DNA of 50,155 nt, from the NCBI RefSeq assembly GCF_001194135.2, contig NC_068990.1:5420856-5471010 (forward strand), given 5' to 3'. This document shows positions 24,925 through 37,782 of the stretch, one piece after another (positions within the stretch are counted from its first letter, which is position 1; every line of letters begins with the position of its first letter). Position numbers and translations under genes: made by a program. The notes under the pieces are model-generated. The model saw only the letters and a list, made by a program, of their open reading frames with translations, did no database searches and was not told the origin of the DNA. This DNA is from Octopus bimaculoides (Eukaryota).

Positions 24925-25198
24925 GTCATCACCTCTACTGAGTTATACAGACCCTATCGGTTATATGTATACTATCCAAAGCGAAAGCTTTAAGATTGGT
25001 AACTAAAGATGCCAGCATGGCTCCGAAGTAAAGAAGTTCACCTCAACACTGCAGCTCAGTGTGCAGTCTCACAACAAGGAACCTTGAGCAAGTTTCTTAT
25101 ATATTTGCCATCCGTTGATCAAATTAACACAAAATACATAGTTTCTTTTGAAGTGCGAAAGAAATTTGGTAGACAGAAAGTGAGTGAATGACTGGTGA

Positions 25199-25560
25199 AG
25201 ACAAGAAAGTAATATTCCGAACGCAGTATAACTGGGAAAAGAGCAGAAAGATTGGGTATTTCACTCTTATAAGACGAAAAAAGTTGTCAGCAGAAAGCCA
25301 TGTGACTCCAACCTACACCTCCCAGATACCGGCTAAGTACTCTACTAAATGAAATGTAAACTGACTGTATTTAGCGATAAGTTGACGGAAATTGTTCTCA
25401 GCGGGCAGTTTAGCTTCATTAGTGGAGTACTCAGCCGGAATCTAGGAGGTGCGGGTTCAAGTCACGTGGCTGTCAGCTGACAACATTTTCCGTCATATAA
25501 GGGACGCAACCTCTGCTGCTTTTACGGCTATACTGCGTTCGAAATATTACTTTCTTGTCT
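25199..25560. repeat. Long inverted repeat made of two head-to-head tRNA-like SINE copies
   Basis: Arm 25199-25363 is the imperfect reverse complement of 25406-25560 (e.g. acaagaaagtaatattccgaacgcagtata vs tatactgcgttcgaaatattactttcttgt). Spacer ~42 nt. Confidence 0.88.
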
Positions 25561-26059
25561 GTATCATACGGAACACATTCGACACTTCCCAAAACAAAAG
25601 AAAGTTTGTTTACATATGCTGTTATACACATACACACACATACATATATATATATATATATGTGTGTGTGTGTATCTATATAAAGTACAGATATGAGAGA
25701 GGGGGGAAGAATGGGATTATGTTGTTGATGATGATGGCGGCAGTGGTGGAAGTGATGATTGTGGTAGTGATGAAGATGAGTTCAATTGTAAATTGGTTTG
25801 AAGACCGTTGAAGAATTGAATACTGTCTCTGTATTCTATGTCCAGGGTAAGACAACTCGACAGACATTTTTATTTTAAGATTGAAAGTCATACTGAACGT
25901 TTATGTTGACACCCAAGTAGTTAGGAATAGCAACGTGATATCCCTCATTCATATCTTACTCTCATGTGATATAAAGGTCATGTTGCCTAATGTAATTCTT
26001 AGTGCACCATGCCAGAAGAAAAAAATTGGATGGTTTCAGATTTTAGCACAAAGCTAGTA

Positions 26060-26248
26060 ATTTCGGACTGGGATGTAAGTCGATTATGCCGACCCCCAAT
26101 GTTCACCTGGTACTTATTTTATTGACCCCCGAAAGGATGAAAGGCAAAGTCGACCTTGATGGAATTTGAACACAGAACGTAAAGAAGGACGGAATGCCAC
26201 TAAGCATTTTGCCCGGCGTGCTAACGATTCTGCCTGCTCGCCGCCTTA
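26060..26248 (-). mobile_element. SINE family A, CpGs intact
   Basis: ggatgaaaggcaaagtcgacc...gcccggcgtgctaacgattctgcctgctcgccgcc. Confidence 0.88.
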
Positions 26249-27646
26249 AAAATTTAGGTAATATGTCTGCAGATCATGGTTTATTTCGCAAAGCAGCAGC
26301 ACCAGCAACAATACTACTATGACGGTTACTTCATTGAAATGTAGAGTAACAAAACTTATTCTACTGAGGTATCACAGCTTGTAATTCTTTATTCTAATTA
26401 TTTATTCCTAGGTTGGTACTGATCGATTGTGAGAATAGGCTAAAACTGGTCCTTTGGCTCGGAACAACTCTCAAAGTTTATTGAAATGGAAACGCCTATT
26501 AGTTTTAATGATTACCGAAGACTCTTTACTTGTATTTTACCGAGAGCAAATCAGTTAATCGTATTTAACATTTCTCTAAGCTCTTACCTGTGCTCAAACA
26601 TCTAAGGATATGCTTCAAGTATACATCAGACCAGGGTCGAAGACTTGATTTGAAAAATTGTTAGTACCAGTCTGCTGTACTATCCCACTCAAACGTGTCA
26701 CAAAGATTACAATAAACTGAACTAATGGAAGCCAAACTTTTGACATGTAGCAGTATGTGTTTAAGACTTAAGCTGCAATATATTGCCTGCAAACCGATAT
26801 TTCTTTTTGCTCTATATATAAAGATATCAATTTGACAAATTACTGCATTTTCTTAGCTAAGTCTGTTTATTTAAGGTTTCTATTCAGGTAATAGAATATA
26901 AACAAAAATGTTGGAAACACATAGATCTCTATTGGTAAGTATCTCATTGAACAATTATGAATAGAAATTATATTATTTACCATTGAAATGTATTGAATAT
27001 CAAAAATGTGCCAAATGATGATATAGTAACGATACGTGATACATCAGTTGCCGAGAGGTGAAATAACGGAAAATTTATTATATTTTAAAATATTTTTGTT
27101 GAATAACATGAGATATAGGCAAAAATAAAAGCACCATCATATTTCAGATATACTGGAACATATTGAATAGCAGACAGAATTGAATGCAATATTGAACTAC
27201 AATATAACATCGTTTAAACAATATCAGAAAAAGAGAATAAATAAGAAAATTCTTGAATTATAGAACCTGTCAAAAAAAAAAAAAACTGAAACTATTGTCA
27301 AATAGATTTTCTTTTTTTTCTTTTAAGAGAAAAAATCCAATCCTTGTCATTGAACAAAAATCCAAGTAGATGCAACAGAATTGACAAGAATTGTGAAAAG
27401 GAAAGAGAAAATAAAAAACTGGATTCAAACCCAATAATTCTTAATCATATTTGGGAAGTTTACATATTCGAGGTTGAAAAGAACATTAGCACGATGTCAT
27501 GTAATAGCAAATTATCTAAACAAGGAATATATTCTTTATTTTTTCGAGAGATGGATGAATGTCTTCAGGCTTTTCTAAGATAAAATATTGTTCGATATAA
27601 GTTATTATCGTAGTTTAGATTGCTTTTATAGGAAATTGACTGTTAT

Positions 27647-27707
<61 letters not shown>

Positions 27708-28364
27708 CCTATAGATTTTGATATCTGAAATTATTTTGATTTATACAGCTTTTTTTTAGGCTTTTTTTTTTCACCAGAATATGTTATTAGTGTCTTCAAA
27801 GTGAGTTTAAGTTCAGGCTTTGCTTGGAAATTATTTATAACCAAACAGGTATTATTTGATATATCCATACATTCATCTATCCATTTATCTATCTGTTTCA
27901 TATATGTCAATTTTTGATCGATATATCTACCCAGTTTTAAGCACACACAAACACGCATATATANNNNNNNNNNNNNNNNNNNNNNNNNNNNNNNNNNNNN
28001 NNNNNNNNNNNNNNNNNNNNNNNNNNNNNNNNNNNNNNNNNNNNNNNNNNNNNNNNNNNNNNNNNNNNNNNNNNNNNNNNNNNNNNNNNNNNNNNNNNNN
28101 NNNNNNNNNNNNNNNNNNNNNNNNNNNNATATATATATATATATATATATATACAAACCATTAATGACAAACATTCCAGAAGTTTAGCCTTTAATTTTCA
28201 CAAACCAGAAGTAAAAGTTTGGGAAAAAAATATATACTGACACATATACATACGTGTGAATAAACACAATTATTACAGATATTGTTGTTGTTGTTGTTTT
28301 TATGATCATCATCATCACCACAGCAGCAGCAGCAGCAGCAAAATTGTGATACACTATCACAGTC

Positions 28365-29460
28365 GTTATAGCGTCGGAAAAAATAATTTGTCCCTCTTTA
28401 TATTCTGAGTTCAAATTCGGCCGAGGTCGACTTTGCCTGTCATATTTCCGAAGTCAATAAAATAAGTAACAATTGAGTACTGGTCTAATGCTTCAGCGTT
28501 ATTGTGTTCACGACTAGACCCCTCCCATAAAATTTCAGGCCTTGTGTCTATAGTAGAAAGGATCATCATCATTAAAAGTGTGATAGACTGGCGGAATCGT
28601 TAGAGCATCGACAAAAACGCTTTGCGGCATTTTTCCGGCTCTTTGCATTTTGAGCACACATTCCACCAAGGTTGACTTTGTCTTTCATTCTTTAGGGGTC
28701 GATAGAATAAGTACCAGTTGAGCAATGGAATCGACAACAGTCGATTTGTTCCTTCAATAAAATTGCTGACCCTGTGCCCAAATTTATTTTTGTTGATGTT
28801 GCTATCATCATCATCATCATCATCAAAAGTGTGATGGATTGATGGAATTATTAGAACAATGGAAAGATTGCTCTGGAGTATTTTTCCCGCCTCTTTACAT
28901 TCTGAGTTCAAATCACACCGATCTCAACTTTGCCTTTCATCCCTCCTCGATCAGTGAAATAAAGAACCAGTCGAATAGTAATGTTGATGATACTGACTTA
29001 AACCCTCCCTTCAAATTTCCTGGCTTTGCGACTGGAATTAGCAACCACAAAATTTTTTGTCGAAAATGTTGACTGAGAGAATCTTTACATCATCGGAAGA
29101 AAGGCCTAGCGGTATTTGTTTTGAGTATTTACATTTTGAGTTCAAATCTTACTGGTGTCAAATTGTCCTTCCTTCTTCTGGAGTCGTTGAAATACAGTCT
29201 CAGTGATCGAAGATATTGACTTATATCTTTCCCCAAATTTCAGGCCTCGCGCTAATGTTAGAAATACTATCGATAGCACTGCAAGTACAGAAGCATTCTT
29301 TAATCTTCGGCTTGATTCAAAGCTAAATGTCAGATATGTTACTGACGAAATACTGGTTTCAAATTCTAGCACAAGGCCAGCAATTTCGGGATAGTGGGAA
29401 AATCGATTACATTATTTTATCTATCACGAAAGGATGAATGGCAGAGTCGACTTCGGCTTG
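28365..29460. mobile_element. Cluster of about five SINE family A copies (four +, last one -)
   Basis: Recurring ttctgagttcaaat...gactttgcct...aataag.aaccag...aggccttg motifs. The copies at ~28570 and ~28820 share the leader catcatcat.aaaagtgtgat. Confidence 0.75.
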
Positions 29461-30369
29461 TCTCGATACGTTCTGAGTAATATAAAGCTTTCATTTCCTA
29501 AGTCACAAGTTAATCTGGTGATTGAAAAACAAACCAAAATGGATATGTGTATCATGATGCCGGGACGTTAAGGAAATATGCCATGTGTGTCGCATGTGAC
29601 AGGCAAAGTGTTAAAGTCTCTGCTTGATTAAATTTATTTTCGTTCGTTAATCTTTTATTTTATGTCTGGGAAGTTTTGAAGGAGATATTAAGCTAACATC
29701 ATTCATATAATTCATGTTAAGCTAACGATATTTTATCCAATATAAACATATCAATATTTCGGTACAATTTGTTCACCTGTTGAATTCATAATGTTTTGTC
29801 TTCTCACATAACCAATTACTAAATGATACACCACTTCATATTAAGAAGCTATTATTGCAATATATAACGTTGTAAACGTAGTATAATTTATCAGTCTGTC
29901 TCTGTCCCCGTGTATGTTACACACACACATACACACATGTTTGTGTGTACGTATATATTTATGTATGTATGCAAGTATGTATGTATCTATTATCTGTACG
30001 TAGGTATATGAGTGTGTGTACTACTGAAAACAGAGTGCACGACTTGACACATAAATATGAATACACACGCTTGCGCGCATGCACTTTCACACATACCACA
30101 TACGTACACGTGCTTGCGTACAAACAAATATATTTGGAACACAATGTATAGATTCGTTATCGAAATAACAGATGAGATATTAAAATAAGTATTCTAATTT
30201 GAATTTAGGATCTTAGTGGTTTTTGTCACTGCTTACAACTTTGTTTCAATTGTTTTCAAATTTGGTATCTGAATTAAGTTTTGCATACTTATGAAAATGA
30301 AATTCATTTTTCCTATAAATCCATAATTAAAAACTTATTAGCCTTTAAAATTTGCAAAATTTGGGTATC

Positions 30370-30870
30370 TTAGCCAATCATAAGCGAGTATTTTGCACAT
30401 GACCGTGGCGAAAAACTTTGTTTCCATATTAGCCAAAGATGCTGCGCATGCGCACAAGGAGAAGGATATGCGAGAAAGATAGTCTTCTACTATAATAATA
30501 CTCGTGTTTTTCTCCGTCACAACACATGAATGAGAAAACAAGGGTAGACGACAAACTGGTCGTTGAAGCGTTTCAACTCTGTGAGTATAGGTATGTGTAT
30601 GAAAAAGGGTGGTATGTGAACGTTTGTGTGTGTGTGTGTGTGTGTGTGCATGTGCGTGCGCGCGCGTACTGGAAGTGGGATAGTGAACATTCAACGCCGA
30701 AAAGAAAAATCAAACAGCGTTTCAACTTTGTGTGAGTATATGTGTTAACTTCATTCGTGTATATTTTAATGTTTTGACTGTTATTTCTAGCTCTATTTTG
30801 ACATGCCGATGCCTCCTCCCCCGATGATGGAAGAGGCAGCGAACGCACAGTTTTCTGATTGGCTGAAAAT
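30370..30870. promoter_or_regulatory. Possible promoter region
   Basis: CCAAT at 30374, perfect NRF1-type TGCGCATGCGCA at 30443-30454, ETS-like actggaagtg near 30668, inverted CCAAT box CTGATTGGCT at 30855-30864. CpG-rich. Confidence 0.3.
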
Positions 30871-31060
30871 TCTGAGAATTATCATACTCTGAACACCTGT
30901 AACATTTTTGCAAAATTTTTCTGGAATAAATGAATAACAAATTCGGATTCAGCGTCAAAAATTACATCAAAATGATACATTAAAAACATTTTTAAAAGAT
31001 AATCGTAAAGAGTGATGCAAACCACTATGATAAAATTGGCTTTGCTTTCTCTCCATTTCG

Positions 31061-31091
<31 letters not shown>

Positions 31092-31959
31092 TTCATATCT
31101 ATATACCAATGTATATCAACATATGTGTATGTATGTATANNNNNNNNNNNNNNNNNNNNNNNNNNNNNNNNNNNNNNNNNNNNNNNNNNNNNNNNNNNNN
31201 NNNNNNNNNNNNNNNNNNNNNNNNNNNNNNNNNNNNNNNNNNNNNNNNNNNNNNNNNNNNNNNNNNNNNNNNNNNNNNNNNNNNNNNNNNNNNNNNNNNN
31301 NNNNNNNNNNNNNNNNNNNNNNNNNNNNNNNNNNTATACATAGTTACGTGTGTGTGTGCGAGAGAGAGAGAGAGGATGCGTCTCCTATCCAACAAGTTTA
31401 TTCACCCTTCTATTCTCACTCAGCGCATTTGATGATATATGAATATCATTGTCATAGCAATTTGATAATCATCACCTCGTTAATTTACTCACAATAAACC
31501 AAAACAACACTCTACCTGCTATCTTGACCTGTTCGAGACAGCTGTTAAATCTTTTTCAAAGCTCGCACTACCGTCGTAAATAGGAAAAGTAAGCTAATCA
31601 GATAAGGCAGTCCAGCATACTGCTAAAAATATGAGATGATTACTTCTAGAATATTCGTGAACACAATAACGATGAAGTGATAGTAAATATTTTAAAAGTT
31701 ACCATATTTTATTGAATGTGTTTCATTTTTTCCTATTTAAAGCTCTTTATCAAATCTTTTTTTTTTCTCTAAAGTCTATTTAGAAGTTATGTGCAGGTAT
31801 TAATGACACTGTCTTGCACTGTTATTACTACTGTGAGACGTACGGTAATGTTAAGTTGTTTTCTTCTAATATATGTTTAACTCAGATCTGCACGAGAAAT
31901 AGTAATATAGAAAAAAAAAGTATTTGTTCATCTTTTAGTCAAGTAAGAAGGCAGTTTTT

Positions 31960-33100
31960 CATGAAACTTTACGGAACCCCAAGAATAGTGGAAGAAAGAT
32001 AGAAAGATATCCTCGAGCCGTAGATCTAGCCTGAATGTTTGCAAGACAATAGAGTATCCCTTTGATACAAAATGTGTAGGGATGTCTCCCTCCCTCCTGG
32101 TAAAGGCAGGCACTCCACACTACCGACAACTGCAAACTATAGTTAATTTTATTACCTGATAGATTATGAACATATTCTGTGAGCGATGGAGATGACCTAA
32201 GGTTCAGATTAAACAAAGAATATGTATGCATAACAATGCCCCATTTCGTGAGGTTCACAGCAGCCCCTATGCAGAACTTTCTACTATTATAAATTTCAAT
32301 CAGGCGTTTATACACGACGTTGGTCTGAACGCAGTGTCCTCTCAGAGCGTATTCTGCGAGAGTTCTACTCACGGATAAGCGACCACGGTCTAAGGACTTA
32401 TACACCATCCCATTCATAGTAGAGCTGACGAAAGCAGTTTGTTTAATACAACACTGGGTAGCAGGTCCAGTTCCATATAATGCAGTGGTGTTTCCTATAT
32501 TAGCTTCATTCTTGCGGCTATTCCAGACACTGGGTTTAACTGAACAAGTTCCTCAGTATATTTGGTTGCGGGTGATGTCGGATTTAAAGCTACTATTGGA
32601 ATCATTTGCTCCAGTCCTACAAGCGATTGCAGTGTTGTGTCCCACAAACCTGTTCTTACAAGAAGTTGCTGTAAGGGTGGTCACATTGGGAGTGATGGAG
32701 TAGGACAACTTAATGGTATGTCTATTGAAAATATTATGGTATCTATGTTCCAAGGGAAAGGCCGTATCGAGAATTTGGGGTGGATATCTTATGGATATTA
32801 ACTTCAGCATTACAGAGAAGAATGGACTGAACGATATTGCTCAGAGAATCCTCCTCATGTGTATTCCCTTCAACAGGGTTGTCATGCACGATTATATTCG
32901 AGATTTCGAGTCACCACCTGCAATCCGTCTCTCAATTGACTCTCCTACTGCTTCTGGATTTACTGTAAGATGCGGGAAGTTGATTGACCTTCCCTGCGGC
33001 AATCATGATATTCACTGGGAGGGAGGGAAGCGATGGTCCCTTTAAAAGTTCCAGTTCGCAGCTCACCCACATGATATTCCCTCGTTTGGAATCTCCCGCA
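31960..33100 (-). mobile_element. Penelope-like element, 3' part (RT thumb, linker, GIY-YIG endonuclease), decayed
   Basis: SIERRIA; LDTAFPLEHRYHNIFNRHTIKLSYSITPNV; ALRGHCVQTNVVYK...KFCIG...SLTEYVHNL. The 32810-31959 frame is interrupted by one TGA at 32553-32555. Confidence 0.82.
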
Positions 33101-33370
33101 ACACTTCACAGTTATATCTCTATTACTCCTGTATTTCTAAAGGGCTAACTTTAGGTTAGTATCACCTAATCCAATCGCTATAACCAACACCATTGAAACC
33201 ACATTATAACACACAGCGATGACTAGACATTCTATGGACTTGGACGCTTTGTGTTGCGTTATAAAACCTACCGGTTTATGAAATTAACAGTGGTTGATTT
33301 ACTGAAACACGTGTACATTATATAAATCATAAAATACCGAAATACCGGTAACTTTTTATGTGTTCCTGAT

Positions 33371-33371
<1 letters not shown>

Positions 33372-33457
<86 letters not shown>

Positions 33458-33465
33458 TGTGTGTG
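33372..33465. repeat. (GT)n microsatellite
   Basis: Direct reading. One of many (AT)n, (AC)n, (ATAC)n, (ATCT)n, (AG)n and (AAT)n runs, e.g. (AAT)n ~27647-27703 and (ATCT)n ~36943-37012 and ~47897-48000. Confidence 0.97.
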
Positions 33466-34718
33466 CGTGTAATTGCTCTTTTAATTTCTCTTCTCAATAG
33501 GTTTGTTAAAAGAACACAACACATTAGTCTTGTGTATTTGCATAATATCTCTCAATAGATATTTGTAAATTAATGGTATATATGAGAGCTCAAGAAATGT
33601 GTGAAACTAAGATTTTATCAGCATATACGAGCAAAACACAATGAAGAGATATACAGAATTCTCATTAAAAATATAAAAGGAAAAGCGATAAGGAATGATA
33701 GCAACATAACAGAAAACGCTAGAATAAAACTTAGAGGATGTGATGGTTATAATAAAATGCAACAGAGAAAAATTTAATTGAAGGATAAACTAAGATACTG
33801 AAACCCGACGAATAATATGAACACAACAATCTATTTTTGTAGAAAAAAATACGGAACCTGAGAATAATTGGCATAGGAAAGTATTGAAACAATTGATAGC
33901 GATATCTACAAAACAGGTAACTATTCTAGACAGTCAATGCTTGAAATCTGTTAGAAGATAAGCCAAATGGATAATGTTAACTAAAAAACAAAAAAAAATA
34001 TAGAAAATATTAAACCAACAAGATATTACAATATACACTTACAAAATAATGTTTGTTATTCATTATCATCACCAGCATCTCCATTATTGTCGTCGTAGCC
34101 GTCATCGTCGTCGTCATCAACATCATAACGAGTGACAGAAACAACCGCGGCAATGTTATCATTGGCTGACGCAAATGTGATTTTTTTTTAAATTGATTTT
34201 ATCGTTATGTCTCATATATTGATTTCCTGCGTTGATACAAAAGCATACATTTATAACGGGTCGATGGGTTAGTGATCGCAATATTTGAATGACGCCTTTC
34301 TAGTATATTACTGGTACTTATTCTAATTATCGTCGATAAATGTAAATGCAACCTCAAAAAGAGAAGAGAGAGTATCTCCCTTCTCCTTTTGAAAACTCCC
34401 TTATTTACCTATTCATCACAAATATGTTCTAAAACATAACAATAAAAGCGCTATTGGGTGCAAAAGTGCTAGAAAGTCAGCTCAAATGAAACCTACACAT
34501 CACAAAGTTGAGATTTTCATGCACCTAATCGACTTTTTTTTTAGCTGTGTCCGAGGTTCAAGCAACGTTCTGAGCTACGACTCCCAACGTTTTTAGTCTA
34601 AAATTACGTTTCATTCATCTGATGCAGTCAACAAATTCATTTGTGTAAAATCATCGGTCTTGTGTGTTTGCATACCATTTCAATATTTCCTAACAGGCGT
34701 CTGGCATACATACATACG

Positions 34719-34749
<31 letters not shown>

Positions 34750-35464
34750 GCGTGTTCATGTATGTACATATGTATATATGTGTGTGTGCGCGCACGCATA
34801 CACTCAGACGCACTCGCGCAGAAACATACACATTTTGTGGTTAATTAAATTGTGGCTTTACGCCAAATTTAGATATTGATATATACCAACATTAAGCATA
34901 TATGTCATTATCAAGAAGAATAGGGATTGCCAAAAGCAATACAGCAACGGTTGTCGTACATGATTGTTATTTACTCAATATGTTGAGTTCAAATCTGTTG
35001 AGTTCAAATCTGTAGTCAAATCTGACTTCCTTCTCTGTTGAGCAAATATAATAGCTAAAAATTATGAACGGTGCTTGATTAAGCAGGCAATATATCCTGT
35101 GCAGATCTATAGAATTGTTTCGATATAAATCAATATTGTTTACTAGGAATTTTGGCGTAAATCCTTCAATTTGGGGGAATAAGCAAACCAAGAAAAGGCA
35201 ACAGAGTACTTTTAAGAACAATTGCAATGTATTCAGTTCCGATCAACTCAATGGTCTTCCTTTACACTTTGGCGGCCTGTTGCAACTCACCCATGAGTTA
35301 TATATGATGTCAGTATTTAATGAGAAACTTGTATCTTTGCTAAACAAACAACTCCGTACCATTGAAGGGATATTAAATGTTGGCTTTTCTATTGAGAGTA
35401 AAACAGTAAACACATGGCAATTAATGATAGTCTGCGTCCACAAATAATATACACACATATATAA

Positions 35465-35512
<48 letters not shown>

Positions 35513-35814
35513 TTAGCTAAACGGAATGAGCTAGGATACTGTGTCAAGAAGAAAGGAGAAAACCGAAGTTTCGATGAACGTACTTGCTCAAAACGTCAGA
35601 TTTCATCTTATCCACACGGCATACAGATCTTTGTGAACCTAGTTTTAAATCTTCTATTGATAAATTATGACATTCTCAGTTCGTATTAGCACTTACTATT
35701 AGCAAAGCTTTTTGTCCACTATTACCTCTTTAACAAATACAGAGTAGTGACTCCGAAAGCTTACTACGACTGCTACGACTCATACACACACGTGCATAAA
35801 ACATTTCATGCTCT

Positions 35815-35925
35815 AGACGAGGCTATAGTAGAAGACACTTGCCCAAGATGCCACGCAGTGGGACTGAACCCGGGATCATGTGGTTGGTAAGTAAACTACT
35901 TACCACACAGCCACTCCTACGCCTA
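35815..35925 (-). mobile_element. SINE family B, 5' half
   Basis: ggctatagtagaagacacttgcccaagatgccacgcagtgggactgaacccggg...accacacagccactcct. Confidence 0.85.
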
Positions 35926-36707
35926 TAAAACTGTTTTATTGCATGAAAAAGACTGATATTTTTACCAAATGAAATACGTGGGTTAAAGATATAGAGTCAA
36001 CATAAGTGAATGTTCAACTTAATAAGGTTACCAAGGCTGGAGGTGCAATTTATTTCCAAGGTTACACCAATTCATAGAGATTTAAAATACGGATACATTT
36101 AACCATTCATTATCCATAATTTTCCCCATTTGTTTCCTACCATTACGAGATTTTGTGTTTCTTCCTATATATAAGGAGTATTATATACTTTTCCTTCTTC
36201 AGTCTTTAATGGTTCATTAGCTTTAAGGAGACGCTTAATTTTATTATATAAATAAATACCAGATGAATGACGTCTACCTACAAGGTGTTTCAAGGTCATT
36301 CAAGATTGACAACTATCCTCTAACATTGACCTAAAATACCCTCTTCTCTTGCACAATCTTATTTATGACTACATACTTATATCAAATTGATACAAATAAT
36401 TGATAAAATATCAAATAGTTTTCAAATCGATAACGAATAATGTAAATATTTATAAAATAAAAGTGGGGAAAATCTAATTTTCATTTTAACATTCTGCCCT
36501 TCTAGTTAATATCATGTATCAAGTTAATACATTCTGCCACATTCGTAAATCTTGCTTTACGAAAGTTGAATTTTATCAGCAACGGGCAAATTGTACATCA
36601 TAAAAAGTCTTAATCGTAGTAGCGAAACTGATATACATACATACATACATATATACATACATACATACATACATACAGACAGGCAGACAGACAGACAGAC
36701 ATTCAGA

Positions 36708-36877
36708 CAAGGCCGGCTGAAGGTACCAACAACTCGGGCAGTCGCCCGGGGCGTCATGTGTTTTTTGTAGTCTGCATTTTAAGTTTTTCTCCTTGTGAAA
36801 GTTTAAAAAAATAATAATGCTTGTAAGGCTGCCGAAGTTCAGCTTGCCGGGCAACAGCAGCCCTAGGGCTGGCCTTG
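36708..36877. mobile_element. 170-bp MITE with hAT (Tip100-like) termini
   Basis: Ends caaggccggc ... gctggccttg (inverted, 9/10). The 8-bp flanks cattcaga and catacata match 6/8 but lie in microsatellite. Confidence 0.55.
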
Positions 36878-36947
36878 CATACATACATACGTACATACAT
36901 ACATACATACATACATACTTATATGTATGTGTATGTTTATGTCTATC

Positions 36948-37014
<67 letters not shown>

Positions 37015-37629
37015 ATATATATATGAGGCCAAAAGTATACATTTTTCGCTATATTCATCATCACTTTCCCCCTCCTTTACCTCACTCTGTCCCTTTCTTT
37101 CTATGTCTCTTTCTCGTCCCTCCCTAATTCTTCAGTCCCTCTACCCCTACCTCTCTCTCCTCTCCTTCCATGTGGCCGGTGTTCGGCCAAGCCTGACTTT
37201 TCTTGGTTCTTGTAGCATCTCTTATATTCCTTCTCATGACTTTCGTCCTCTATGTTCCTGCCGTAATGCTTCGCTTCCATACACGCCAGCTTAACTTAAT
37301 TTACTTCGTCCCTAGTCAAGAGACACCTGTTGTTTGTATTTGTAATCGTATACCATTTCTCTGTTTTTTTTTCTTGTCTTTGTTTTCGTATACATTCGCT
37401 TACTTTCTTCCAAAGAATCTAGTGCTCTTAGCTCAGATTTTCTTGAGGCCGGCCAGATTAGAGCAATCTCGAGAGTAACCGGCTGAAACTGCAAAGACGA
37501 TCTGGAACTCGACTGAAGATTGAAAGCTCCGAATGATCCGTCTTTATTTTCTCCTTTCCTTTTTTGTATCGTCTAACTGTCCGAATGTTTTGTTGTCGCT
37601 TGTTACGTCCTTGTTCCCGTTTTTGTTTT

Positions 37630-37664
<35 letters not shown>

Positions 37665-37701
37665 NNNNNNNNNNNNNNNNNNNNNNNNNNNNNNNNNNNN
37701 N

Positions 37702-37782
<81 letters not shown>

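Noticed and set aside
34967-35227. ORF with a signal-peptide-like start (MQLFLKVLCCLFLVCLFP...)
   Set aside because: The start is TTG, not ATG; it runs into a SINE-like tandem fragment and has no recognisable motif.
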